Source of the DNA: Takakia lepidozioides
Taxonomy: Eukaryota; Plantae; Bryophyta
DNA length: 64,000 nt
Direction: 5' to 3'
Assembly (NCBI GenBank): GCA_030704615.1
Contig: CM060734.1
Span: forward strand, 806,001-870,000
In this document: positions 11,860 to 24,220 of the stretch, piece by piece
Numbering within the stretch: the stretch's first letter is position 1
Layout: every line of letters starts with the position of its first letter
Notes under the pieces: generated by a model
What the model was told of the DNA's origin: nothing
What the model saw: the letters and a program-made list of their open reading frames with translations, nothing else
Databases searched by the model: none
Made by a program: the position numbers and the translations under genes

Positions 11860-13419
11860 ACTATTCAGCAGTTCAAATTATCTCGTAATCATCTCCGTCG
11901 TGTAACAGTCCACTCCTACGTGGTCTAGACTGCCCTGGGCTGGCATCCTCTTTTTTTTCATCTGGCAGACTGGAAATCAAATGGTCTATGGTCCATAGGT
12001 AAGAAAGTTACCTCGCCATTGTCAAAGAGGGCCACCATGTGGATGCAGCTCTCATCAATAAGGGAGGAGGGCTCTGCACATGTATCGAGCAGTGCCCACA
12101 ATGCACAGAAGGCTGAAGCCAATCCAACCTGCCTGCAAACACAAATTCGTCACGAGCGCCAAGTACTACCCTTAAACTTTACATGGAGGGAAGACTACTG
12201 TGGGCAAGCCTTTCTGCAAAATCACTTTTTGGAGGGTTAGTTGTTTGTTCTCATTTCAGGTCAGCAGCCACTCCGATTGATTTCATGCCAGTGTTGCCAA
12301 ACAGTAAATTCCCTTGTCACAGGCATATCCTACTCAAAAAATGGTCTTGCAGGCCTAGCCACAGATTCACATTGATTGGATCGAGCATTCACACTTGACA
12401 ATTACAAAAGATGGAGAGAAAGGTACATGGAAATCAATTGAGTAGCCAAACGCACAAGTCTGCCCCCAAACAATGTGACTTAGACTCTGTTTGCAGGGAC
12501 CTCGTGGCCACAGACAAGCATCCAGGTGATGAGGGACAGAAAACAGCGAGTAGGGGGAGAAACAGAGATCAAAGGGGGGCCACTACCAAGTGATAGACAC
12601 TTTGACAGCATATAAGTGATTGAAAACATTATTGTGTGATTGAAACCCTCATGAGAGTTTGTCTATGTGGAGGACAAATTTCTATGGTGCCATCAAACCT
12701 GCTCAATACATGACCTCAGAAGTGAGGTACCTGGATTCACTGAAAATGGGTTCTCCAAAGTAACCCAGAAGACCTCATTTCAACCCAGTGTATAGAGTGT
12801 GCAGCCAACATACCTTTGGTGTACATACATCCCACAAGCAAGGAATGTACTAGGTCCAAATTACTTATCTCAGCACAGAAGAGTAGTATTGAATGCACAG
12901 ACACATACCAAACAAGCTCACATCAGGATTTTGCCAGACAGTACCTGCTACCATTGCTCACACCGGAGGTCAATCCAATGGTACAGCTCTGCACGGTGCT
13001 GGTACAGAAAACAACACTGGAAGTCGTAATCCCACTCTGTATCCCCATTTACACTATCCTGGCATTTCATCAAAGTCCTGTTTGGCTTAAGAAATGCAGC
13101 GCATGGACAGCCTGATACCTGTATGATCATTCCATTGTTCAGCATCAGCCGTATGCACATAAATAATCATATGTTCCTTCCCAGAAATGTGAAATGTGAA
13201 ATGGAAAATGTCAGATGTGATCTCCTAACTTACATGCCTAGTGCCGCTAAAGTATAAAAAAAGTTTTATGTCTCCACCCACAAAACCTAGGGTTGAATTC
13301 ACATTATAAGCTGGAGCTAGACCTAAACCACAACCATTTCTGAACACCATCTAATAGACTTTTCAACTTGAGACCTGATTGATCTTCCCTCATCTCATGA
13401 CAGTGAAATTGGACCTGAC

Positions 13420-14443
13420 CTTCTTTTCAAGCAGCTGGACATGATGCTTGGCAGCCTTCGATGAAGCACGCTCTGACAAGAGCCTGGCTCGTAAAAAGTC
13501 GATGGTCATGGTGGATGAGTCTTCCCCCAATGAAGGCTTCCTACACAAGATACCCGAGTACCAGCCCAAGTTCTGAGTTTGGTTTGAAACATAGTCGAAC
13601 TGCCCGGTCAAAGGCAAATGGGGACACACGCTTTTATGGAAGACTTCGCTCATTGCATCATTCAACAGGGATCTTGAAAAAACTGAGAAGCTGGGAACAG
13701 CTCAGGATGACCACTTCCTTCTACTCTGCACCATGATTATGAGTTGTCTTTGTTCACCTATGATGGAGGATGTTGAAAAACACAAAGCAGGTTGCATCTC
13801 GGAGTTTTGGTCATTAATTGTTGTAAATTTTATTGTGACAACATAATGTTAAGTTCTTTTTCATATTATGGATTGCATCTTTGCTGGCCCTTCTATGCAA
13901 AGGCACCTAATGGGTTCAAACTCTGCACCCAGCAAACACAAGCGTATTGACAATTAGCTGCCATGGTGCCTGGAGTTTCATTGAATAAGAGTTTAGTCCC
14001 TGCTAAGTTTGCATGGCACGTGTGTGTGCTGGAGATTCTACGGAGTTTTAGCATCGAGCTGTCTATGTACAATCAAAGGGCTTCTGAGAGATGTATCCTT
14101 AATCTTACCTCTCCAGAGAAGGAAACTCCATATCACTGCTGGGTTCAGTGCCCTGCTGCCCCTTTGCCAGTGAAGATTCATCTGATGATTTGGTCTGACA
14201 GTCCACACCTTGGCCAGTGCTTGGCTCCATACACCGTTGCTGCTCTCTTACATTCTCATCTAGCCCATGGGTTGTCACTTCTTCAGAACCAGAGAGCTCT
14301 TCGCTATCGCGGATAATTTCACCTGGCACTCTTTGATTGGAGCCCTTCCCTGCATCTTCTTCTCGCTTGGAAGGTTTCCATTTCAATGTGTCAGGGATAT
14401 TAAAGGAGTTACATTTCCGGGTGTGGCAGAGGGACTGCTGCAA
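13420..14443 (-). pseudogene. Exons of a conserved land-plant coiled-coil protein gene (MTIxFLRARLL motif), apparently captured and 3'-truncated
   Basis: EDSSTMTIDFLRARLLSERASSKAAKHHVQLLEKK followed by GT; upstream exon ends GAGAG/GTAAG near 14108; I recognise the motif from uncharacterised plant proteins. Confidence 0.7.
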
Positions 14444-14739
14444 CCTGGATCCCTCTCAAGCTCGCTGGATGTACTTGACCTTCTGCAAACAGGAAAGCCC
14501 GCCAAATGAGCAATCATAGAACTCAAAAAACGTCTGATTGAGAGTATCTGTAGGTTTATGGTGAGGTCATAGTGACTCCACTACCTTTGCCAAGAATAGG
14601 TTCAATCTAAAGCACAAATCTTTTGCACATCCACAAACCAGATCATATTACAATAGATGTGGTGACAACTCCCAAATTGGAGCTTTTGTCAATCTGCTGA
14701 CTTGAGAGCTCTTTGGTCAGTCCTCACCGGGTTCAATCA

Positions 14740-15275
14740 ATCCGCGCCAGACGATGTAGGACAGGGAAGCGGTCTGCATCGTCTCCAAAATGATGTCTGG
14801 CACAATCCCGCTTTTGCTCATTCCCTGATCTGTGTGCTTCTACCGTCAGGGGTTCCAACGTTCCTCCTCCCTCGCACTCCAAGCTCGCACCTTCACAAAA
14901 CTGTCTTTTCGCGCAGTACTCGAAACAATACTATATTCGTATGTATATGTATAGTAGTCGTATATACGATTAGGTTGCCCTGGACCCTAGGCCCGAGCCT
15001 AGGATATAGAATCATTTCAGGAATCTTTCCTAGGCTAGAAAGATTCCTGAAATACCCCAGGCCCGGGTCCAAGGCACACTTGCTGGCCACAAAATGTTCC
15101 CTTACGTTCCCATAGGATACCCCAGGCCTGTGGTTTTTTGAGGAACAAAACCCCGAGACATTGCATGTCCTGGGCTATGGAATATTGTCTCAGGCCTTGG
15201 AATATTGTCCCGGATTTGGAATCTTTAGCCCGGGCTTTAGAATCTTTCAATGTATGGCTCTTTTTCCATTCCCTA
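14740..15275 (-). repeat. Right terminal inverted repeat (~536 bp)
   Basis: Inverted copy of 3833-4388. Confidence 0.95.
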
Positions 15276-15650
15276 GAGGGGGGAGGGGAGTGTGAGGTGC
15301 ACCAGCCGGCGGAGCACGGCGAGTGTTGACAGTGAGCGGTGCTGTGGGTGCGGCGGCCGTGTATAGAGAGTTTGGGTGTTAGTTGGGGCGTTGCGGAGTC
15401 AGTATAGTAATTTGAGTGTGGGAGTTGAGTGCATAGAGATGTAGTGGGACTCACTAGGTAGCATAGACATAAGGGAACAAGTTCATTGTGTGCGCATTGC
15501 GTTGAGAAGCAGGGGAGAACAAAATGGCCGCAGCCAACATAGAAGAGAAGGATCGTGTATAGAGCTAGCCAAGAGATAGAGTAGTAATGCTGGTGGCCGA
15601 GTACGATTGTTCGTTGAGTGGCCCTTCTGCTTGTGGGTTGCTTGTGCTGT

Positions 15651-17800
15651 TTACGCATTCGGGTGCTTGGCTATCATGGTATTGGAGTCACCTTTCGTAG
15701 TGTCTGTGGCGTGCTGGGACTCGGGGGGCCCCTGCCTCCCAGGCACGGGTGCAGGCTGAGTGCAAAGGAGGCCTGCAGTGCCCAGCTTATGAGGGCCCTC
15801 ATGCTGCAGCGCAAGAAGGGCCATTGGCCGGAATCCCGCGTTTTGGCTGGCTGGTGGGTTGCTGGAGCCGCCTTGCCCCGTGGAACTGGTGACCTTGCTG
15901 GGTGGGAGTGGGAGCTTGTCTAACACCATGTTCGCATGATTGTAGAAGTTGGCCAAATTGGCCCCCAGATTCTTTGTGATAGAGTCTTGTAGAGAGACTA
16001 GATAGGAGTGATTCTCCTTTTGTTGCGCTGCCATGGTGACGGCCACCCTGGATTCCATAGCAGCCAACTCGCCTCTAATGTCGGTTTTGATGGTGATGGC
16101 ATGTTCTGCAAACTTTCTGTCTATTTCTAGCATCATGGTATCATGACCTTTGCGGGGATCCGGGTCCGTTTTAATGATGATAGAGTTGACGGTATCTGCC
16201 AGGGCTTGATTTATATTGGCGACTCGGAGGCGCTCCAGAATTTCGTTGGCAGGGGGTGCTGAGCCATTCAGGCTATTCGTGTGTGGCTCGAATTTCACCA
16301 GCCTGCCTATCACCTGTATCGGGGGCTTGTTACACCACTGCGTGAATATGCTGGGATTCGTGTAGGTGATGAGTGCCATGCCTGAGTGTTTGGTTTTCTC
16401 CATTGGGGTGATTTTACTGAAGTAGACTTGAATGATGTTATCTTTGCCGAAGGCATCCCTGAGAGCAGCTTCTGTAACCTCCAGCTGGGAGTGTAACGGG
16501 TCCAAGCTTTTTACAACAAGTGTAAGTGCATCCCTCTCTACCACTATCTCTTGGGGGTGGCGGCAAGACCTGTCGTGCTGCCTCGGCGGGTACGCAGCTG
16601 CGGCCTGATGAGGGTGTGGTCGATGCGGACTCCCATTTCCAGCATGCGTTTTTTTGTATCCACGGCAGCTAAGTAGATAAAACAGAATTTTTTGTCAGGG
16701 CCTGGCTTGTACACGTTCATGATTTTGAATTCGTCACCGTGGTAGTACGTTTCCATGATGAAGTGCATTGTGAGCTTGTAACTGATGGTGCCCAGCAGTG
16801 TCTCACTGTTCAATTAAAAAGAGAGGTAGTCCGGGGATGCCAGCAGGTTAAAGGCCTTTTCAATTTTACCTTACAGCTTGATCCCGGAAGCCATCACCAT
16901 AACAAAGGCCCTGTTGCCCTTGAGCAGTGCAATCCCGTCAGTGGCCGGGTTCAGCAGCTCGACTTTGAGTAACCCTGACCATAGTTTGCTTGAATGTTTG
17001 GTGTATGCCGTGATTGGGGAGTACAAAACATTCTCCAAGGGGATGTCTGTGAACCTTTCCTTTGCACGGTATAGAGCCTGCTCCTTGGGCATGTCTGTAT
17101 CCTTGTCAAATCGTATGATTATGTGATGTGGTGTTGCAAACAGGCCCGATTCGGGGTCGACGTTCGCGCCCTTTGGAAGCTGGGTGAGTGGGTACAGCTG
17201 CCCATCTTTCCCATCTGGTCTAGTGGCAGGGAAATATAATTGTGGTACGTGGGGAAAAGCTTTCAAGCAGTACCTGAGTTCATGGATTTCGGAGGCCTTT
17301 AGCCCGAGCTGTCGGAGCTCCGCGGTGGATCGCATCTCCTTGATTATGGGCAGTTCCGTGTCCAGCGCATGTTGCTGGAGGACCTGATAGCCCATCCACA
17401 GTTGCGGCGGAGGCTGGGAGTTAGTGCCTTCGAGAATTGGCGGATGTTCGTTTGAGGGGGGGCCCCTGGATTTCTTGGGTTTGGAGTGTGAGCTGCCTTC
17501 GTCACTGTTGACGGTGCTGGAAAGTTGCTTGAGGTTGGGGCTGGTATGAACCGCCCTTGCTGGCATGCTGGATACTGTAGGCGGAGGGGCTCCTCGTTGG
17601 GGAGAGAAATCGGCCTTGGATGATCGCATTTCCTGGAGCGAGTTGACCTCTTCGTTGGTGATCTCTATCGGGTCTCGGGCGGACTTGGGTTGTAGTACTT
17701 GGTCGTCAGCAAAGTATTGCTCATCGGAGACGTGCATGTCACTGACCTCTTTGTCTTCAATTGGGCTCAACTGAGCAGAGCCTTCGTCTTCGTTGCTCAT
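15651..17800 (-). pseudogene. LINE ORF1 (RRM-like nucleic-acid-binding protein), two frameshifts
   Basis: ORFs 16871-17935, 16544-16813 and 15651-16544 are homologous to 52735-53980 (PATDGxALL, ERDxLTLVVK, ERLRVANI). Confidence 0.8.
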
Positions 17801-20352
17801 CTTGGCCGTATCCTGTTTCACTAGAGTGTAGAGGTTGAGGGTGTGCAGCCTATGGGGTGCTAAACCTGTTGAGCAGGGGTGTCTACTGTTGACACGAACT
17901 TGGGTCAGGGTGCTACTTGGTTTAGAGTGATACAAGCATGGAGGTATGTTGTGGTGGAGCAGTGGGGCTAGGAGGGGAGAGGCGTGAGAGCTAGTGGGAA
18001 GGAGGAGTGTGCTTAGTGGGTGGGTAAGTGCGGTACTGGCCTTTTTGTATGGAATTCGCTTTGTGGTGGCGGCGAGACAGTGTGGGTTGCCAACAAGCTG
18101 CAGCGGAGATTGGGCATTGCAGTTACTGCATTGGCCAGCTTGGGTGGTCTCGTGCTTTGTGTATGCAAGTAATTTGGTGGGGCAAAGACGGCTGATGCGC
18201 TAATGTTGCAGTGGGTTGGGTCTGGCGTGAATTAATCCAGTCGCATGGTGTAGTGAGGTCATTGGCAGGGGCATTGAGGTGGGGGGGCAGCATTCGTGTG
18301 TGGGAAGTTGAATGTATGGCTGTCACAGAGACTGATCGTAGTGAAGGGGGGTTATGGCAGTTATTGGGGGGACCAAGTCTGGGTATATTTGTTATGAAGG
18401 TGAGGGCTGTATAGAGTAGATCTTGAGTGTTGTGGGTGCCATATGGCTGCCATTGTGTGCAGGGGTGTAATGTGAAGATGAAGGTGTCATCATGAGTTTG
18501 GTTATTTTTGGATGAGAGGTGTTGTTGGAGCAAGTGAGTAACATAATTGAGATGGTTAGGGTATAAGGTGTGTAGTAGGGGTTGTCTGGTTTGGGTGTGA
18601 TCATTGGGGGTAGAGTTATACACATCTTGGGTAGGGAATGGATGTATCCAAGTAAATGGTGATATGGTGTTTGATATTTGTGGTTAGTCGGTTGATGAAT
18701 TGGATGTATGTATTGCAGGGATGCTGGAGGTCCCTCAGTGAGGTGTAGCTTAGGCAGGAGGGAGCACATCAGTTTGACGCATAAGTTTTGTGAGGGGTAG
18801 TGGTATTTGGGGGGGTCTCTGGTGAATTTGTGTAGGAGGTCTGTGAGGTGGGGGCATATGTTGATAAGGGTGATCTGGGTGGGTGTGGTATTGGACATAT
18901 TATGGAGGGGTGGCCAGAGGCGGGCTTGATGGGGTGGTCTGGTAAGTATTTGCGTTTGATTGATGTGTTTGTGATAGTCCTGGCTGGGACATTTTAAAGT
19001 GTGCACATTGAGAGCTATAAACGGGGGTGTGCCCTTCGGGCAATGGTTAACATGAATACTGTAGTAGCTTGGCGAGTCAAAGCTTTAAATATTTTGGACG
19101 TGGAGCCTGAGTAGCAGTGCAGGCCCATCTTGGGATATAGACAACTTTGTGAATACTTCATTATCAGAGAAAATGATTGAGAGAAGGATGCCATCACAGG
19201 GAAGTGTGGCATAGTGAATCATGTTTCCAGAGTGAAGGTATGTTGCTGGCAGAAGATAATTGAAGAGGGCATGTTTGGGACTTGGAAAGCAGGTCAGCCA
19301 GCACCACAAAAAGCAGTGTGGGTGGATTGACAGTGGCCTGATGATTTGATTGAAAAGAGAACCTGAAATGGAGGTCCCACGAGGTGGGATAATTCTGCCT
19401 TGGCATGCAAAGTGAACTTGAATTGGGACGGAGGTTCCTTTGGTGTGTCCACTGTGGGCTCTCACATCTGGCTCCTGCCAGATCTAGGGTTGTTAGCTGG
19501 CCACAGGGGGCATGAATATCTCTGCCATGTAGTGATTTGAGCTGAGCTCCAGGTGAGCTCGTTTGGGGATAGTGAGAACGAGTAGTCACTGTAGGGTAAA
19601 AACACAAAAAGAGGTTAGATGCAAGTTCATGAGTGCAACAGGAGTGTAGAAGGACATTGTAAATCAGGAAACATGCTGGTGCATATAACTGTAAAAGCAA
19701 TGAAAGGGGTGGGGAGTATAGAGGGCTTGCACCTTTTTTTCATGCGGGATGTCAGATCTGTGTTGGTGGCTGGTGTGACAATTGAGACAGTTTCCTTGTC
19801 AACATTTAACCAATGGAGTGGAGGGGGAGGTAGGGACTGGGAAATCTTGTTTAGAATTGTGGAGATGTAGTCTCTGACCTGATGTGTGGACATGATATAT
19901 ATATAAGGCCCAGGGGGTGTCCCATGAGGGGTACCTGATGAGCTGGGCCCTTATGCTGGCATGAGTGTGTTTGCAGATCTGCCTGCAGCTACATACGGAG
20001 TTCTCGTCATGCCAGAGTGAGTGGGTTGGCTGATACAGATGGGTGGACGAAATGAGCAGCAGGGTGCAACAGTGGAGGGTAGAGGGATACGACATAACCA
20101 GACATACACAGGTCATGCCTAACATAGAGTTAAGTGAGTGGTGTGGTTGAAATCTGCAGGCATCTTGGTGTATGGGAAGAGAGAGAGAGAATTGGGGGTA
20201 GGATCTTAGGGGTAGATGATATGAAGGGGGGACATGGATTTTTCCAGAGATAGTGGATGGCGGCGTAGTGGATGTAGGGAGGGTATCCCAAGAACATCTC
20301 TCAGAGATAGTGAGATATGAGGCAATATACAGGGAGGGAAGGGTGAGTGGGG

Positions 20353-20490
20353 GGGTTACTTCGGCGCCGTAGCGCCTGGTACTCGGACGTTGGCTCGCTA
20401 ATGCGTTCCACTTCTCGAATCAGGAATCAGGTTCTATGGTCGGTCTGTGACCCCTGGAGTGTGGCATGGGTTACTTCGGCGCCGTAGCGC
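20353..20490. repeat. Exact 23-bp direct repeat GGGTTACTTCGGCGCCGTAGCGC, two copies 115 bp apart
   Basis: Copies at 20353-20375 and 20468-20490. Confidence 0.9.
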
Positions 20491-21734
20491 AGAGGGGGGA
20501 GATCTGTTGTGGCTTGTGAAGTGAACATGTAATGACCCTGAACTGTGATGTAACGTATATGTTGACTCCATAGACTGGTAAGAGTAGATAGTGGAGTGAG
20601 TACACCTGAATCTGTAGCAGAAGGTCCAATGGTGCCATTTGGGGGTGGGTTGTTGACACCATGCGTCGTTTATGCCCTTGCGCAGACGGGGATGATCACG
20701 TGGGCACGGAATTGCCCTCCACCAGCAGCAGGGGGTGGCGGCGTTTGTAATTTCGAGTCTTGGCTGGTCCGGAATCCAACAACATTCAGTAGGGTGATAG
20801 TCTTGTAAGAACATTTGGGCAGCTGCATCAGCCTTGCGATTTATGTAGTTGTATCCCCAAGACCCCGCTAGCACTCCTTGCCTCCAGGGGTCTGTCATAG
20901 TGCTAGATTGACTTGGTGGTGTGGAGTTTAGAACCTGTGTGGTGATGCGATTGGGGTGGGTCAAAGTCGATTTAGACGAGAAGTGGGCTACTGGGACCTT
21001 GATGATCGTTAGCTGCAACGGTTGGTAGCCGGTTCGCGTGTGGCGAAGTAGCTGTACTTTTGAGGTCGCTAGCTGAAGCATCATATTGGTCGCTCGTGAT
21101 GGATGTAGATTAGCCTTCCACTCGTAGTGAGTGGTACCGGAGGTGTGGTGCTCCTGCATAGAGTTTGTCCCCGGACTTGGCCTGATATGAAGGTGATGGA
21201 ACGTCGCCTTTTGGAGGCACGGGCTGGCCTGGGCATTCGTAATGAGCAGCAGACTAAGTACAATCCGTGTAAAAAGAGAGACATGATGGAAAATGTGTAT
21301 ACCATTATGCTCGCGCCGAGATGGGTAGAGCGCAAATCGCCTGTTGCAGGCGAGTCTTCTAGGATAGGCATGCGTGTAGCTATCCTCTGTTGGAGTGGTA
21401 ACAATGTGGCTGGAAACGCCTTGCACCAAAATCTGCGTGTTAAGATCGTCTTCACATGGTATGCTTGAGAGTGATAGAGGGGGTGTAGAGGGGGGGGGGG
21501 CCAGAGAGATCCAACATAACACGGAAAGCAACGAAAAAGCTATGGCGGCTGAGGAGCTTGCTACGTCCACGATAGTCATGGCTAGAGTGGCGGCAGCGCC
21601 AGCTTGCGAAGTGGATAGGGTAAAAAGAGAGCAGAGATAGCCAACCCTAAAAAGATAACCATGACTAAAGACATAGCTAGATCGGAGGCGGAGCTCCGCC
21701 TCCCGGGGCTCTGGCATCGCAAATCCAGGCACTC

Positions 21735-22480
21735 CTGAAGACCAACATATATCTCTAGTATTCATTGTGTAATTTTGAACATCTTTCCAATGTAGCCTAA
21801 AATGTCATTGACATTGTCTAATCTTTGACTGCAAATCAGACCATCATCAACAAATATCGCCAAAATGAGCTTGGGTTCTTTGTGCTATTATACACACAAG
21901 GATCGGCTGGGCTTGGAATTAAGCCATAGGTCTGAACAAAGCTGTTGAATTTTCGATTCCATGCCCTGGAAGCTTGCCGCAACCCGTACAACGATTTCTT
22001 GAGTCGGCAGACATTTGTAGGTTGACTGGATCAACAAAACCACGCGCGCTCCATATAAATTTCCTCGGTGATTTCTCCATAGAGGAACGCAGTCTTCACA
22101 TCAAATTGCGTGATATCTAAATCCAACACTGTCGCAACTGATAATATTGTGCAAATGGAATCAAATTTTGCAACAGGCGAAAAGGTTTCGGTGTAGTCAA
22201 CACTAGCACGCTGGGTGTAACCTCTAGCGCACATACGTGCTTTGAAGCGCTCAATGCCTCCATCGACGTTAAGCTTAAGCTTATACACCCATTTGCATGT
22301 GATTTTCTTTCTCCCAGGTGGCAGAGGCTCGAGCTGCCACATCCCATTCTCCAAGAGTGACCGATACTCCACCACCATAGCTTTTTTGCACTCGTCGCTT
22401 TCGCTACAGTTTAGCATTGCGTCATAGTTGTCTGGCTCCTCGAACACGTGGCCATCATAGTTGGCGATACATGCATGATG
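21735..22480 (-). pseudogene. Ty1/Copia reverse transcriptase fragment
   Basis: ITCKWVYKLK, RFKARMCARGYTQ, DYTETFSPVAK, QFDVKTAFLYGEITEEIYM; downstream LYGLRQASRAW and AIFVDDGL in another frame. Confidence 0.93.
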
Positions 22481-22887
22481 CCGACCAGGGAGCGACGCTA
22501 CGGCGTGAGCGGTGAGCGCACGCTCACGTGGGGCTGACGTGGCATGAGCACAAGCTGACGCACTGTGACGTGGCATGAGCCCACACTCATGCCACGTCAG
22601 CGTGAGCGGATGTCGTGTTAGCCCGAGCGGAGGCCACGTCAACAAATGCTAGAGGACGGGCGGTCGAAGAAAGGGTACCTATTCCCGTTAGACCTATATC
22701 CGTGGGAATAGGCATGTACAATATGATGAAATTAGACCCCATTATGTAAGAAGACCCCATGGCTTCAATGAATAGGTAGGATTGTAAACCGTCGACCTAT
22801 GCTGCATATTGCATACAAGACGACAAAGAATCCACCATCTTCAAAAGCATTCAATACATAGCAGAAATGATGTGCTTTGAAGCACAC

Positions 22888-23613
22888 TGTCGCGCACCTC
22901 ACTTCGGTAAGCTCCCCCCTCAAGTCATAGTTACTCGCTTGATGCGCGCGCCTAACTCCCAACCTGGCCGTCGGGCCAATTTGGAGCTTCGGCTGCTCAC
23001 CGGGACATAACGGTCCCCCCCTTGATCTCCCAAAGAACCCTCCAACGATTTAGAACCAGCGGAATTCCCTTTGGTAGTTGGCAGTCCGGAACAGCTCCCT
23101 ACTCTTTGGTCGCTTTCTGGCTCGCTCGCTTACTCACTAGCTTTTGGTCACCAACGGGCTTGCACCGTTCTCGGGGTTACTACTCCCTATATATACTTCT
23201 GTAGCTGTCCACGGGGGTTTCACAAACAACCATGCCATTTTATGGCGAACCACCACGAACACCCTCGACTCCCGGTGATGAGTCGCGGTGAGTCTTGGCC
23301 CACTCACCACGGCCCCTATGGACCGTGATGAGTCCCAAGACTCCCCACGACTCCCACCACGAGGTCTCCGCCCCAGGGTGAGTCCTATGCCACCCCCACT
23401 AAGTCCCGCTAAGCTACCACCACCCCTTGTGGAGCCACCCCCACCGCAACCCGGTGTGCGGGGCTCCACCTAGTGAGCGCCTCTGCCTCCTTGAGTGCTT
23501 TGGGCACTCAAGGGTGCTTCAGCCCCCCATACCTATCGCTGCCACTGCCCCCACCACAGGGGCAGTCCCTCTTGTGTCCCGACCCCCTGCCCTCAAGGCA
23601 AAGGGCCGCGACA
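22888..23613 (-). repeat. 3' LTR of copy A
   Basis: TGTCGCG...CGCGACA termini, adjacent PPT. Confidence 0.93.
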
Positions 23614-24220
23614 CACACCCTTACCAACAGGGAGTCGATGTCCTCATCGGCTTGTACATTTTGTGGAAACGAACATCCAAGTTGTGGCGTCCCACATCAA
23701 GGAGTTTGTTTCCGTACCATGGCGTCCCATGACAAAGAACCAAACCCCACACTTGACTCTACTCTCCACTAGCTAGTTCGGCCGACTTCCTCCAAGTCCC
23801 GGCCAAGGGTGGAGCATCTCAAGCTCCTCCCAGTGCACTCTTCTTGGCCTACTTCAAGGCCAAGGAACGATCCTCCCTGAGGATCAAATCGCCTTACTGC
23901 AACAACATTGCTTGCGACTGCTCATGATGCCGCTTTTGGCATCACCTTGAGCAAGGGTTCACCTCAAACCCTCTTTGACTAAGAAGATAACCTTGAACCA
24001 ACCGCGGCGCCCAATCACTACAATTGGGTCCGCCTTGGAATGCTGGCCTGAGGTACGGGAACACGCCGAAGCCGCACTACGACTTTGTCCCGAGGCTACA
24101 CGATTATAGTACGTGAACGGAAACACGTAACTTCCGCGTTAGCCCGTACTACAAAGCAACCCCCTCGGTAGCGCAGTTATAGTATGCGCACGCGCCAGGT
24201 GCGCACTAGCACGTGAACTC

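Larger units (their letters stand above)
3833..15275. mobile_element. 11.4-kb TIR DNA transposon, IS3EU-like, 6-bp TSD GAGGGG
   Basis: Termini TAGGGAATGG...CCATTCCCTA; GAGGGG at 3827-3832 and 15276-15281; the LINE reading frame resumes across the insertion; internal integrase-type DDE gene. Confidence 0.88.
2339..20330 (-). mobile_element. Non-LTR retrotransposon (LINE, family 1, copy 1), interrupted by an 11.4-kb TIR element and cut by the Gypsy insertion at the start of its endonuclease; 5' boundary approximate
   Basis: ORF1 at 15651-17800 and the ORF2 N-terminus (15658-15276, continuing 3832-2339) are colinear with the APE/RT-bearing copy at 52.7-57.0 kb (e.g. TPIPGYDPP vs TPLPGYEPP). Confidence 0.8.

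Noticed and set aside
3833-15275. hAT (TAGGG ends) or Tc1/mariner (TA TSD) classification
   Set aside because: No 8-bp TSD; a 6-bp duplication lies outside the TA; the transposase motifs are integrase/IS3-like.
20434-21765. 443-aa protein-coding gene
   Set aside because: It starts inside the Copia remnant in a different frame and runs across an element junction; no recognisable domain.
23022-23776. Pro-rich ORFs repeated in every LTR copy
   Set aside because: Chance frames in GC-rich LTR sequence, repeated only because the LTR is repeated.
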